64,000 nucleotides of DNA, taken from the NCBI RefSeq assembly GCF_001194135.2, contig NC_068983.1, forward strand, positions 36,818,439 to 36,882,438, in the 5' to 3' direction. The DNA is from Octopus bimaculoides (lineage: Eukaryota). The notes under the pieces were generated by a model. The model searched no databases, was not told where the DNA came from, and saw only the letters and a list, made by a program, of their open reading frames with translations. Positions 39,230-51,559 of this stretch are shown here, piece after piece. The translations under genes and the position numbers were made by a program. Position 1 is the stretch's first letter. The number at the start of each line of letters is the position of its first letter.

Positions 39230-39765
39230 GTAAGTCACGAGGATGCCTCTACGACTCCAAAGAGTAAAGGGATCACGGGAGTAAAGGGATCACGTGCGTG
39301 TATGTGTGTGTACTTGATCCAACAACCAGTTTCACTTCATCATCCGGCTTTCTCGAGTAACTTAAGTGGAGTCTACTCTGTTACAAACATTCAGAGCCGG
39401 CCTCCAGTCTGAGAATAACTCGACGCTTTCGCTCCCTGCTGCTGTAACCAGTGAGTAGTGGAGGTCTTCTCAACCTCTCCTCCTCCACTCTCGGAAACAC
39501 CCCTAAAAAAAGATCACGTGTGTTGTCTTTCCACGAACTAAACTCTATACGTGTGTGTGTGTGTCCGCGTACATGCGCGCACGTGTGTGAGTATGCGTGT
39601 GTGCGAATGCCAGCTGATTAGTTCAGAATGAAATTCTGTCGCCTTCACGTTGAAAATGTGTGGAACGTGGAGAAGACAGTGCGATAATGGTCGTATGTAG
39701 AAAATTACAATTTCTCCATGGGATAGGAAAGAGAGACAGAAAGCGAGAGAGTAATGTGGACGAGA

Positions 39766-39797
<32 letters not shown>

Positions 39798-40091
39798 ACG
39801 AACGAGTGGCGTCTCTCGTATTACGTCATATTCATTCATAAAGACCGGTTACCTTATGATTTAGTGTGTATTATTCCTCGGTGTAGTTTTTTCTGTTAAA
39901 ACTACTACTACTACCACCACCACCACTATAACAGTCGTGCCGGCCATAAACAATATTTATCGAGAGATAAATTTCGGAATGATTCGGCACATTCATAACA
40001 TTTCATACATACCAACCGGGTGGCTAAAGCACCCACCTTGTGAACTTTCTAGTTTGTATGTATTCGTCGTTCCTTCTTTCTTTTGTTCTAG

Positions 40092-40163
40092 TATGTGATC
40101 GCCTGACACGATGCCAGCCAATTTTTCAGCAAATCAAAACCAGTAGTACTGTTTCGATATCCG
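40092..40163 (+). CDS. Candidate 72-nt phase 1-1 exon (xCDRLTRCQPIFQQIKTSSTVSIS)
   Basis: Strong acceptor ttccttctttcttttgttctag; donor ccg|gttaga; only phase 1 is open. Confidence 0.25.
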
Positions 40164-40271
40164 GTTAGAAGCATTACGCGGCTTCATTTGGCTGCCATCC
40201 CCACTGCCATCACCCGTACCACAAGGACATTCAGGAACGTAGTTTTAGTATTATTATTATTATTATTATAA

Positions 40272-41400
40272 AGGCGGCGAGCTGGCAGAATCGTTACCAC
40301 GCCGGGGAAAATGCTTAGCGGCATTTCGTCTGTCTGTACGTTATGAATTCAAATTCCACCGAGGTCGACTTCACCTTTCACCCTTTCGGGGTCGATGAAT
40401 TAAGTACTAGTCAAGTACTGGGGTCAATGTGATCGACTTACCCCCTCTTTCAAAATTTCAGGTTTTGTGCCTACAGTAGAAAGGATTATTATAATTATAA
40501 TAGGAGAAAATACCTTGCAATGTTTAATTCCGTCTCTTTTGCGTCTGCGTTGGAAACCCCACCAGGGTCCACTTCGACTTTCATCTCTCCGAGGGTTAAT
40601 AAAATGAATACCCGTCAAAATTCTAGGGTCGACATGATGGGCAACACCCACCTCTAAAATTTGTAACAAGTCTACCTATGCTGGAGGTAACTATTTTCTT
40701 TTGCCTTCAGATTGGTGACTCGACAAATAATTAGAACATTGGATAAAATGCTACGCAAAAATTTGTTCCGGCATTTTACGTTCTGAGTTGAAATCGCACC
40801 GAGGCCAATTTTACTTTTCATTCTTTCTGGGGTCGATAAAAAAAACCCACTAGGCAAGTACTGGGATCTGTGGTATGAACTAACCCTACCCCTAAATTAT
40901 GTTACCTTGTGCCTAAATTAGAAACATAAACATTTATAAATGGGGCGGTGGATTAGCAGAATTGTTAGCGCATCGACCAAAATGTCATGCAGTATTTATT
41001 CCGGCTCTTTGTATTCTGGGTTCAAATCGCACTAAAGTCAAGAGGTCAGCTTTGCCTTTTATTCTTTCGGAATTGATAAAATAAAGTACCAGTTAATTAT
41101 GGGGTCAATATACTCAACTGGTTTCCTCCATCAAAATTACTGGCCTTACAACTAAACCAGGAACTATCATTATCAGCAAACTGGCAGAATCGTTAGAGCG
41201 TCGAAATTTTCTTTTAAGGTACATCTTCCGATTCTTTACATTTTTGGTTCAAATTCTGTCGAAGCCAACTTTAACTTTCATCCTTTCGGAATCAATAAAA
41301 GAGAAAAAAAAAAAAAAGAAAAAAATGGTCAAGACCTGAGATCGAAGGAATCGACTAGCATCCACCCCTCCCCAACCTCAAAACTGCCGGTCGTGTGACT
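40272..41400 (+). mobile_element. SINE family B cluster (about five units of increasing divergence)
   Basis: Repeated heads and cores separated by (ATT)-type tails. Confidence 0.85.
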
Positions 41401-42215
41401 GCGAACCGGTTTCAAAGCCCAGTAGGAACCACTTCATTTTTACTCGTCTTACTAAGGTATTTGGAAAATTCATGAACGATGCAACATACATAGGAACTAT
41501 GTAAACCTATGATCGATAGAATATGCCAGGTATAGTTCTTGTGATTACATCAGTTACGAAAGGCTATTGGAATGGTAAAAAAAAATTAAAAAAAAAAGAC
41601 GACTCACTCGTGTACCTAGTCCCTATTCTATCAGGGATCGACTATATCATTTCTTCCCCCACCAGCAACCCCCCGGATGATAGAATAAACACTATTCGTT
41701 GCTATACTCTTCAAATCACCGCCACGTAATTGTGGTGTTGTGCTTACGTTAAGAAATCATTCACAAATTACGTTCGGTTTTAAATCTTGCTGAAATGAGG
41801 AGCCCTCAACAGGGTTCTATAAAATATATTTAAAAATATCACTTAAATCATATGTTTGATTTAATCGACTGTCTCTGACCTTTCCCCTATAGTTTAAGGC
41901 GTTGTGTCAACGTTAGAAAACATGAATATCAAATACGAACATGAAAACAAAACAAGCAAACACTGAGTGAGATAGTAAGAAGAGAGAAATAGTAAAATAG
42001 ACGAAAACGAGCATAGACATACACGTACAAGAATAAGCTTAAGAATATATAGAGAAATACTTCGAAAGAATAATACTTACGGTTTGATTTTTAGTTTTGA
42101 TTTCCTGTTAATATTATTAATATTTTTTTTTAAGTAACCCGAAAGATTACTTCCAACAAATCCGGCTTTCTTTAAAATGAATATAAAACAAAGATGTGTA
42201 AGAAAAGAAAAATAA

Positions 42216-42254
<39 letters not shown>

Positions 42255-42861
42255 TGAAGTAAACTTGTAAGGGTATATTTTTCTAATTCCTTGCTTCAGT
42301 CAGAACTGTCCAAAGTTTCCAAAGCTTTTACTGTCAGCTGGCAGACTCTCAGGTATATATATATGTATTATATATGTGTCATAGGGCCCGCTTACATACA
42401 TCCATACATACATACACCGCCTCACATCGTAACTATTTCCCGCTCTCTCTCTCTCTCTCTCTCTCTTCCCCTTTCTTCTTCCCTTGTGGTTACATTCTTT
42501 CTATTGTTAGTAATTGTTTAAAAGACAAGCCTACATGATGTGTTTCTTCAATAAATCGCTGCGCCACCTGTGACGGAACGTCCGTGACTCAACAGGATTT
42601 TGTCGACCCGTTTGTTTATTTGTTTGTTGATTGCCGACTGCTTAATTATTATTATTATTACAACTCATATCTTTACAACAGTAGCGACATCAGTGAATGG
42701 AGAAAAGACCTAGCATGCCATAAAATATAAATATTTTATATATGAGAACAACTTCACACACACACACACTATTATATACACTCGCATGTATATGTATATA
42801 TACATATCTTTGTGTATATGAATACATGTATGATATACATAAAATATACATTATATATATA

Positions 42862-42898
<37 letters not shown>

Positions 42899-42914
42899 CA
42901 CGCATATTATATAA

Positions 42915-43071
42915 TATACAAGGCCAGACTGGGGCACGGCCTTGAAGTATTTAGTCAAACAAAGCGACCCCAGTACATATTTTCCAAACCCAGTACTTTT
43001 TCTATCGGTTCTTTGGCTGAACCGCTAAGTTACGAGGGTGTAAACAAACCAACATTGGCTGTCAAAGAGCG

Positions 43072-43080
<9 letters not shown>
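42915..43080 (-). mobile_element. SINE family A, 3' half
   Basis: ctggggcacggccttgaag...ctatcggttctttggctgaaccgctaagttacg. Confidence 0.75.
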
Positions 43081-43107
<27 letters not shown>

Positions 43108-43396
43108 CACATACACACGGGGTACTCGGACTAGATTTGACAGTTTGCATAAAAGTAAAAGAAAGCAATGTCTCATCCAAAAGTGAAGTATCTTTTTAAA
43201 AAAAATAACGAGATATCAACTAGTTTCCCAAACTTTTTCGGGCTGTCGCCCCCTTGAAACCCGGGCCACATCCCTAACACCCCACCCCACCATCACAGAC
43301 ACTTACTCTTTCTGAAGCAAATTCAAAAATAACTGTTTTTCAAAAATAAAACTTAACCTAATGAACCCATTCTTGTGTTGCTTTTACACGCATAGC

Positions 43397-43749
43397 AAGG
43401 CGACGAGCTGGCAGCGACTTTGCCTTTCATCCTTTCAGGGTCGATAAATTAAGTACCAGTTACGCACTGGGGTTGATGTAATCGACTTAATCCCTTTGTC
43501 TGTACTTGTTTGTTCCGTCTATGTTTAGCCCCTTGTGGGCAATAAAGAAATAAGAAACGTTAGTACACCGGGTGAAATGCTTAGCGGTATTTCGTCCGTC
43601 TTTACGTTCTGAGTTCAAATTCCGCTGAGGTCGACTTTGCCTTTCATCCTTTCGGGATCGATAAGTTAAGTACCAGTTGCGTACTTGGGTTGATGTAATC
43701 GACTGGCCCCTCCCCAAAAATTTCTGGCTTTGTACCTAGAGTAGAAAAG
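43397..43749 (+). mobile_element. Dimeric SINE family B (first monomer internally deleted)
   Basis: Same junction gggcaataaagaaataagaaacgttag as the copy at 15667-16092. Confidence 0.85.
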
Positions 43750-43931
43750 TTTTTACATGAATCGCTACCCCATTATCATCCAACTTTTTACATGAATCGC
43801 TACCCTATTATCGCCTCACTTTTCTCCAACGCTCCCTTGGAACTTTCCACCGCCTTCAGAGGGGCAATGCCATCCACTGAACTAGATTATGGGAACCACT
43901 GAACTAGTTTATGGCTGACAAATAACAAAGT

Positions 43932-44490
43932 TTATTCAAAGTAGCCGCCCTCACTTTCCACCTCAAGACGGCTCGGGAACCTGGCACATGCATTGCTCAC
44001 TGTGTCCTTGGGAGGATCCTCCAATACCCTCTTGTTCATGGCCACCCGCTCGTCCTTGGTGTTACAGGCAGAGTGATTGGCATCTTTATCAACTGCGACC
44101 CACATATAGTAATCCATGTGATTACATTCGGTAGGATTAGGAAGCCAGAAATTGGGGCTGGTAAAGTCATAAAAATTCGTCGACAATCACTTCGAGCTCT
44201 TTCCAATGGTACGGCAAGGAATCAAATCCTGCTGTCTCACATATGGCCTTCCAGCAATAACTTTCTCTAACCAAGGTTTGACATCTGCAACAGTTACACA
44301 TAGCCATCTCAATTGAATCTAAGACCCCGTTCAAAGATGTGGGTGGCATGACGTCACGCTCACTAAAGGTACACCCAAAGACCAACACATTTAGGGCAAC
44401 TTGGTTTTCACAAAACGTAGAACACGTCTTACAAATCTTTGCAGTGTTCACAGAGCAGCAGTTACGATGTTGGCATACTGATACTCGGCG
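43932..44490 (-). pseudogene. Tc1/mariner-superfamily (maT/DD37D-like) transposase relic
   Basis: Frameshifted VKTK..NVLVFGC..SERDVMPPHIFERGLRFN*DGYV..KPWLEKVIAGRPYVRQQD..LSTNFYDFTSPNFWLPNPTECNHMDYYMW..ACARFPSRLEVESEGGYFE. Confidence 0.9.
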
Positions 44491-44668
44491 CGAATTCATG
44501 ATACAATATTTAGATGGCTTTCATGTCCGCTAACTTTTTCTCAACAACTTTAACCTTTATGCTCTCCAGCGCCCTCGACTGTTTATCAATTTTATCAATA
44601 CATAAAATTGTTTCTGAAAAAAGAAGACATAAGAAAATCGTCCAAATTAGCCCGAACACACACACACA

Positions 44669-44755
<87 letters not shown>

Positions 44756-45207
44756 NNNNNNNNNNNNNNNNNNNNNNNNNNNNNNNNNNNNNNNNNNNNN
44801 NNNNNNNNNNNNNNNNNNNNNNNNNNNNNNNNNNNNNNNNNNNNNNNNNNNNNNNNNNNNNNNNNNNNNNNNNNNNNNNNNNNNNNNNNNNNNNNNNNNN
44901 NNNNNNNNNNNNNNNNNNNNNNNNNNNNNNNNNNNNNNNNNNNNNNNNNNNNNNNNNNNNNNNNNNNNNNNNNNNNNNNNNNNNNNNNNNNNNNNNNNNN
45001 NNNNNNNNNNNNNNNNNNNNNNNNNNNNNNNNNNNNNNNNNNNNNNNNNNNNNNNNNNNNNNNNNNNNNNNNNNNNNNNNNNNNNNNNNNNNNNNNNNNN
45101 NNNNNNNNNNNNNNNNNNNNNNNNNNNNNNNNNNNNNNNNNNNNNNNNNNNNNNNNNNNNNNNNNNNNNNNNNNNNNNNNNNNNNNNNNNNNNNNNNNNN
45201 NNNNNNN

Positions 45208-45242
<35 letters not shown>

Positions 45243-45245
<3 letters not shown>

Positions 45246-45536
45246 GATAACATCCACATGTATGTGAGTGTGTGTGTACACATATCATTTATAAAATACA
45301 GTATTGTATTCTCATATCAACTACTTTACGAATCTGTTTCATACCAACTGTCTTCTACTATAGCCTCGGGCCGACCAAAGCCTTGTGACTGGATTTAGTA
45401 GATGGAAACTGAAAGAAGCCCGTCGTATATATATATACGATAACATCCACATGTATGTGAGTGTGTGTGTACACATATTTATTAAATACAGTATTGTATT
45501 CTCATATCAGCTAATTTACGAATCTGTTTCATACCA
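45243..45536. repeat. ~100-bp direct repeats separated by a SINE A fragment
   Basis: tacgataacatccacatg...ctgtttcatacca at 45243-45346 and 45436-45536, with a few differences. Confidence 0.9.
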
Positions 45537-46042
45537 AGGGTTGAGAAACACCCCGGCAATTATCAAAAAAGGGTGAAATGAATGGCAAGACGTGATCTCC
45601 TTTCACTCTTCTCTGATGATTGTCAAGGTTTTTCTCAACTCCTGGTGGGAAACGCATTGCTAAATTGGCTGATATGAGAATATATTGTATCATATTAACA
45701 ATATACCCACTCTGTTAACCGAAATATGATTGCCTGTGTCTTTTTTCTGACGCACAAATTTTTATGTAACTATATATATATACATACTCATATGTATATA
45801 CGTGTGTGTGACTGTGTGTGTGTATAATACATACAGTATGTGAAAGCGGATATGTAAAAACCCAGATAATAACCTCTGCCAGCACTCAAGCAAATCCTGG
45901 TTAACAGGATGCATAGAAGGGAAAACGATCCACTAAATCAAAATTGCCCACAAACTAAAAATCAACCGCAGAATATTACATAAAATGTATAAACGAATGA
46001 AGACCTTGATATTTTTGTAAAATACTCAAACACAAATATCAT

Positions 46043-46865
46043 GTCCTGTACCCAGATATGCATCTATATATATATACATGTAGATTTAGATATGTACATA
46101 CATGTACGTATATATGCATATACTCACATATTATTTGTATTATTACATGATCGAACGCACGCGTCATCTTTGCAAGTAAGTTTTAACTTTATATTTCTGA
46201 CGCGACTCTATCTATCTTTGTATCTTTCTCCCCCTCTCGTTCTTCCTTCTGTTGTTCTTCACTTCCCCCTTCACTACTATATATTTCTCTCTTCCTCCCC
46301 GTCTCTCGTTGCTCACCTATATTCTACTTCTTCCCCTTTTTCCTCCCTCTACCACTCTTTCTTCTTACCTCTCGCTGGTCACGTGTGTCCGGCTACTTCC
46401 TCCTTTTCTATCTTGGCCATTGCCAAGCTCGCACGAACTTTTTTCTTCTCTCTTCCTTCCAGTTCGTCACATCACAGCGTTCAGTATGCAGACATTTTTT
46501 TTTCACGTCTGGCCTTATGGCCCTGCTTCTTTATTATCACTGTTTCGTTTTCCTGTCTTGTTTTCTGTTCGCCACTACATTCCTCCGCGTTACAAATTTA
46601 ATTTGTTTCCGCGGGAAGAGCCATTCTAACAATGCGTCCTGCCCTAACTCTTCGAAACGCTTAGTTTTAGAATGGTGGCAGCTGATGAAAGAAATATTCT
46701 CTATGTGGCCTGTGTGTTTTCTGTCCTCTATTTATGTTCTGTTTCTCATTTTGTCCACGTTTTTTTGTAACGTCCTGTACCCAGATATGCATCTATATAC
46801 ATGTAGATGTAGGTATGTACATACATGTACGTATATATGCATATACTCACATATTATTTGTATTA
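46043..46865. mobile_element. Segment bounded by ~100-bp direct repeats, possibly Penelope-like
   Basis: gtcctgtacccagatatgcatc...tattatttgtattatta at 46043-46145 and 46772-46865; pyrimidine-rich interior. The class is inferred. Confidence 0.45.
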
Positions 46866-46909
<44 letters not shown>

Positions 46910-46928
46910 GTATGTACGTATGTATGTA

Positions 46929-47347
46929 TTAAATAAAATGAGACAACAAAACCAAAGCAGTGTAAACTTTCTAGGACATTTATAAAGAGAGAAGTAGTCT
47001 TACACCTGTTTCGGGGATATAAAGGATATCCCATCGTCAGAGACGATGTGAGAGAGTTAAATAGAAGAAAATAGTAGAGTTCAATACCAGAAATATATAA
47101 GAAATATAGTTCAATAAAGGGAAATATGAGAATAAAAATAAAAATATATGTTGGATGTTTTCCCTTTATACTTCCTATATATCTCCCTTTTCAAAATAAC
47201 TTCTTATGTCGAACTCTACTATTTCCTTCTATTTAAGGATGGGATATCCTTTAGATCCCTGAAACAGCTGTAAGACGACCTCTCTTTTTATAAATGTCCT
47301 CGAAATTTCACACTGCCTTGGCTTTGTTGTCCCATTTTATTTAACAT
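46929..47347. mobile_element. Long inverted-repeat element (~140-bp arms) carrying hammerhead motifs; Penelope-like inverted pLTR pair or foldback element
   Basis: Left arm ttaaataaaatgagacaac...gaggacatt-like...ggatatcccatc...aaatagtagagttc matches the reverse complement of about 47205-47345. Confidence 0.85.
46997..47046 (-). ncRNA. Minimal type-I hammerhead ribozyme motif
   Basis: 5'-tcgtct CTGACGA tgggatatcctttatatcccc GAAA caggtg TA agac-3': CUGANGA core, 7-bp stem II, GAAA, GUA cleavage triplet, stem I gtct/agac. Confidence 0.8.
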
Positions 47348-47505
47348 ATACACGCTCACACACGACCCATGTTAGACTCCTCACTCGTACTATTATCGAA
47401 CCGGGAGTCTAAAAGCGGTCCTTCCGCAGCACTTACATAGCCTTACGTGCATTTTGGTTGTTGTTCTGATACCAAAACTTCTCATATTAAATATATATGT
47501 TAGCT

Positions 47506-47733
47506 TAACTTCACTTTTTAGCGTTCAGACTACTCTGTCAAATTTAATACTCATTCACATTGTTACGAAATAAACCGTACGTTATCTTGTAGCTTTGAGA
47601 TTTCGATGATGTCTTTGTTTATTTTTAGAATGACATTGTAGGTAAGTGTGAGCGGTTGGTTCTGGTCAGTTTCAGCATAAAACGGGTAGAATATTTGGGT
47701 TTGATAAAACCTGTTTGAATGCTAAAATGTTAA
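47506..47733. mobile_element. TTAA-bounded (piggyBac-type) MITE, decayed
   Basis: ttaac..tttagcgttcagactactctg ... gaatgctaaaatgttaa. Confidence 0.55.
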
Positions 47734-48029
47734 GCAAGGCCTTCGACAGAGGCGACCACAACATTCAACCGTTCACTTGTTAACATTATCCAACATTAGA
47801 ATCCATGGAAAGCTACTACACTGAAGTATTTTCTGATAAGTGAAACCCAAAACGTTATGATCGATGGAATTCACTGAAGTCCACAAGGGGCTGTTTTGGG
47901 TCCCCTTTTCTTCATAGTTTAATCTAAATGGCATCACAAAAGTCATCAAATAGCAAAATATAACTATTCGCAGATAACCCAAAGTTTCAGAAAGTTGCCA
48001 ACGGAAAAGTAAGCCGAAAACTGCAGTCT

Positions 48030-48145
48030 GATCGGTGTTACTTTAGAGTGCGGACTACCACAGTTTCTATAGCCTACATTGAGGTAATGATCTGATTAGA
48101 GGTTAGGGTTAGGAGTAGACTGCACACTAAAGCGTAAATGACCAT
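48030..48145 (+). mobile_element. Small TTAGGG-cored element, copy 2
   Basis: gtgttactttagagtgcggactacc...ggttagggttagg...gcacactaaagcgtaaatg. Confidence 0.6.
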
Positions 48146-48569
48146 GTGGGCCGCATGCGAAAGTGGCACTGTCTGATCTATATGTGTTGTAAACCAACTG
48201 GCAGGGAAAAAAACATGCTGCTAAACGAAAGGATATTTAATCTTTGGAAAAGAATATAAAGTTAAACCGTCATAATCGATTCTCTTAAGATGATTGTTCA
48301 TCGTAACTAACAGTATCAGAGAACTAGGAGTAATTGTGGCCAAAACAAGCCTGAGCTTCAGCGCCCACTTCAACAATAAAGTTGATATGGCTCACAGGAT
48401 GAGCTCCTGAATGGATCCTCGGGAATTTTCTGTCCACAGAGCCTGATGCCATCAAGCTTCTTATCTCCTTTTTTAGTCATACGTAGACCATTGTTGATTC
48501 CTTGTGGGCTCTCTATATCAAACAAAGCATTATGGAAATTGTGACTATACTGAGAGCAAATACAAAAAT

Positions 48570-48700
48570 AAATAAACTGTGGTGAGAAGTTTACTTCCCA
48601 ACTACATGAATCTGGGTTCAGTCCCACAGCGTGACATCTTAGGCTAGAGTCTTCCGCTGTAGTTTCGGGTCGACCAAAGCCTTGTAAGTAAATGTGAGTG
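48570..48700 (+). mobile_element. SINE family A, 5' half
   Basis: ttcccaactacatgaatctgggttcagtccc...gggtcgaccaaagccttg. Confidence 0.7.
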
Positions 48701-49541
48701 TAAGTGGTTATACATGTGTGTTTAGCCCCAAAAGACTCAGAAACGGTGCATCCTCGAGAAAAACTAATTTGATCTTCGAAATCTGCATCATGAAGGAGAG
48801 ATCGTCCATAAATAATAATAAAAATATATAATTTTCTTCGAGAAATAACTTATCTTTTAGATTGACAACTCTCCCACTCTTTATCTTTCATCACCAATGT
48901 GTTTCTCTCTATCTATGTATGTATATGTCAGAGTGACAAAGAAATAAATAAGGTAGAAGGTGGTCGTGGGGTGTGCTAGAAACAACAGCTAAATCTCCCT
49001 TAAATCACACATCTTTTCTCCTGGAAATTATTTTGAAATTATAACCAGAAACAAATTGCAGATTCGGACTGTCCATATTTTAAAACTATGATTTAAAAAA
49101 AGAATTGAGAAAAAAGCCGAAATTTTAGGATTTATAGAGACGCGCAGTTAATGAAAAAATTTAAAAGGGTTACACTATTGTTTTTAAATTACGTTTCATT
49201 CTTCTGTTTGAAAATAAAGGAAGTCAGGATTGTAACGGTGACTGCCATTTCCAAAAGTTTTATCTTTTTTTAAACCTTCAAGGATTTTCTGTCCTTTTTA
49301 AGTGCGCAGTGCAAAACAAAATTGACCAAAATCGGTATTGAGAGGAGGAGGGAGATTTGAAAAAAAAAAAACTCATAAATTTTCCCAAATATATTTCATA
49401 AAAAGCTTCATTTGTAAGGTTGTGGGGAGAAAAAAATTGAAAAATCTCCGTCAAAACGGAGAGGATCCAACTTAAGTGGGTGTACCATCCCGGAAAGTTC
49501 GCCAGTAAAAATTACCCAGTAAAGATGAGATGCTCAACTAG

Positions 49542-49582
<41 letters not shown>

Positions 49583-50098
49583 NNNNNNNNNNNNNNNNNN
49601 NNNNNNNNNNNNNNNNNNNNNNNNNNNNNNNNNNNNNNNNNNNNNNNNNNNNNNNNNNNNNNNNNNNNNNNNNNNNNNNNNNNNNNNNNNNNNNNNNNNN
49701 NNNNNNNNNNNNNNNNNNNNNNNNNNNNNNNNNNNNNNNNNNNNNNNNNNNNNNNNNNNNNNNNNNNNNNNNNNNNNNNNNNNNNNNNNNNNNNNNNNNN
49801 NNNNNNNNNNNNNNNNNNNNNNNNNNNNNNNNNNNNNNNNNNNNNNNNNNNNNNNNNNNNNNNNNNNNNNNNNNNNNNNNNNNNNNNNNNNNNNNNNNNN
49901 NNNNNNNNNNNNNNNNNNNNNNNNNNNNNNNNNNNNNNNNNNNNNNNNNNNNNNNNNNNNNNNNNNNNNNNNNNNNNNNNNNNNNNNNNNNNNNNNNNNN
50001 NNNNNNNNNNNNNNNNNNNNNNNNNNNNNNNNNNNNNNNNNNNNNNNNNNNNNNNNNNNNNNNNNNNNNNNNNNNNNNNNNTCTTATATATATATATA

Positions 50099-51559
50099 TC
50101 TTACTATAATGGGCGTTATATCCGTGGGTTCCCTCTTCGCGGTCAAACGGTTGGACCAATGGTCACGATGTTTTTCGGGATTACGAAGGAGGTAATCAAG
50201 AAGGATTTTAGCGAAAAAAATGTGAAAAAGTATGTTATTTAGTGGATATTAAATTTTGTATTAATAAATCCCCTTTGTTAAAATTCCGGAGACGAGGATT
50301 AACTCTGTATTCACCACCACTCCCCGTAAGTTCGTGAATTTAAAGGGTTTAGATTTGCGATACTATCCCTTTATTTCCCATCGGAGAGGGACAGATTTGC
50401 TATCTTACTATAATGGGCGTTATGTCCGTCTGTCTGTCTCTTCGTCTGTTCCCTTTTCACGGCCGAGCGGTTAGACCAATGGCTACGATATTTTTCGGGA
50501 TTACAAAGACGGTCGTGAGGAAGGTTTTTAGCATTAAAACAAAAAATCAGAAAGTATGATTATTTCGTGAATATCGATTTTTGAATTGATAAACCATCTT
50601 CGCATTTTTATTAAAAATTCACCGACCACGAGTAACTCTGGGTTTTCATCGTATAGTTCGTGGCCCCATCGTAGATACAAGCGGGTTGCGAGGACGGTTA
50701 ATAGCGAACATAAAATGGATAAAGTGTGTGTCAGTATATAGTGTGTGTGATTATTTAGTGGTTATTGAAGTGTGTCAGTCTTGAGCAGGATTCGAAACGG
50801 TTAATCGAAGCGGCTGTTGTTTGCATGTCAGTTTTGTCAATCAAAATAACCCATGGTACCAGAACATCCAGACATTAGTCGTATAGAACAGTGAAAGGTA
50901 AGTCTTAGTTTGATTTTTTGCAACCCTAAAGATTCCGCTCGCGTATTCGCAGAAAACAAGGCACAGGGCCAGACTTAAGATCGAGTTGGTGTATTTTTTA
51001 CCCACTGCGATGTTTACACAAGACCGGTTATACGTCGCTATGAGTAGAGCAACGGACTCCAGTAATTTGATAATTAGTGTCAACCAAACAGAAAATATCG
51101 TCTACAAAGAAGTTTTGTAATCATATTGATAGTATCGAAAGGAATATGATTCATTATTTAAGCAAGGAAATTTGTGAACTTTGAATGTATAAGTGTATAA
51201 GCAAGCGTAAAATAGTGTAAAGAACTAAAATAAAAGTATATTTAAATAACATTTTTTTCTTAATACTTTTTGCGTAGTGGTCGCAGGAAGCTCTGGCTTT
51301 CGTTAGGAGTGGTCCACACAACCATTCATGATACTGGGAGCCTATTTCAGTTCGAGAGTGAATCGTCATCACATGTCACATAGTCACAAACACATGTAAT
51401 ATAGCTACAATAGATTGCTGTATCACCAACAATAACGTAATTTCTCTAAGACATAACCCAGTAATCTATCAAGCCCATTTACACATCTCTCAATACATAC
51501 TGCTGTTATGACACCCTTCCCTCATTTTATGGCTTCATCGTAGATGGGTAGATTTGCTA

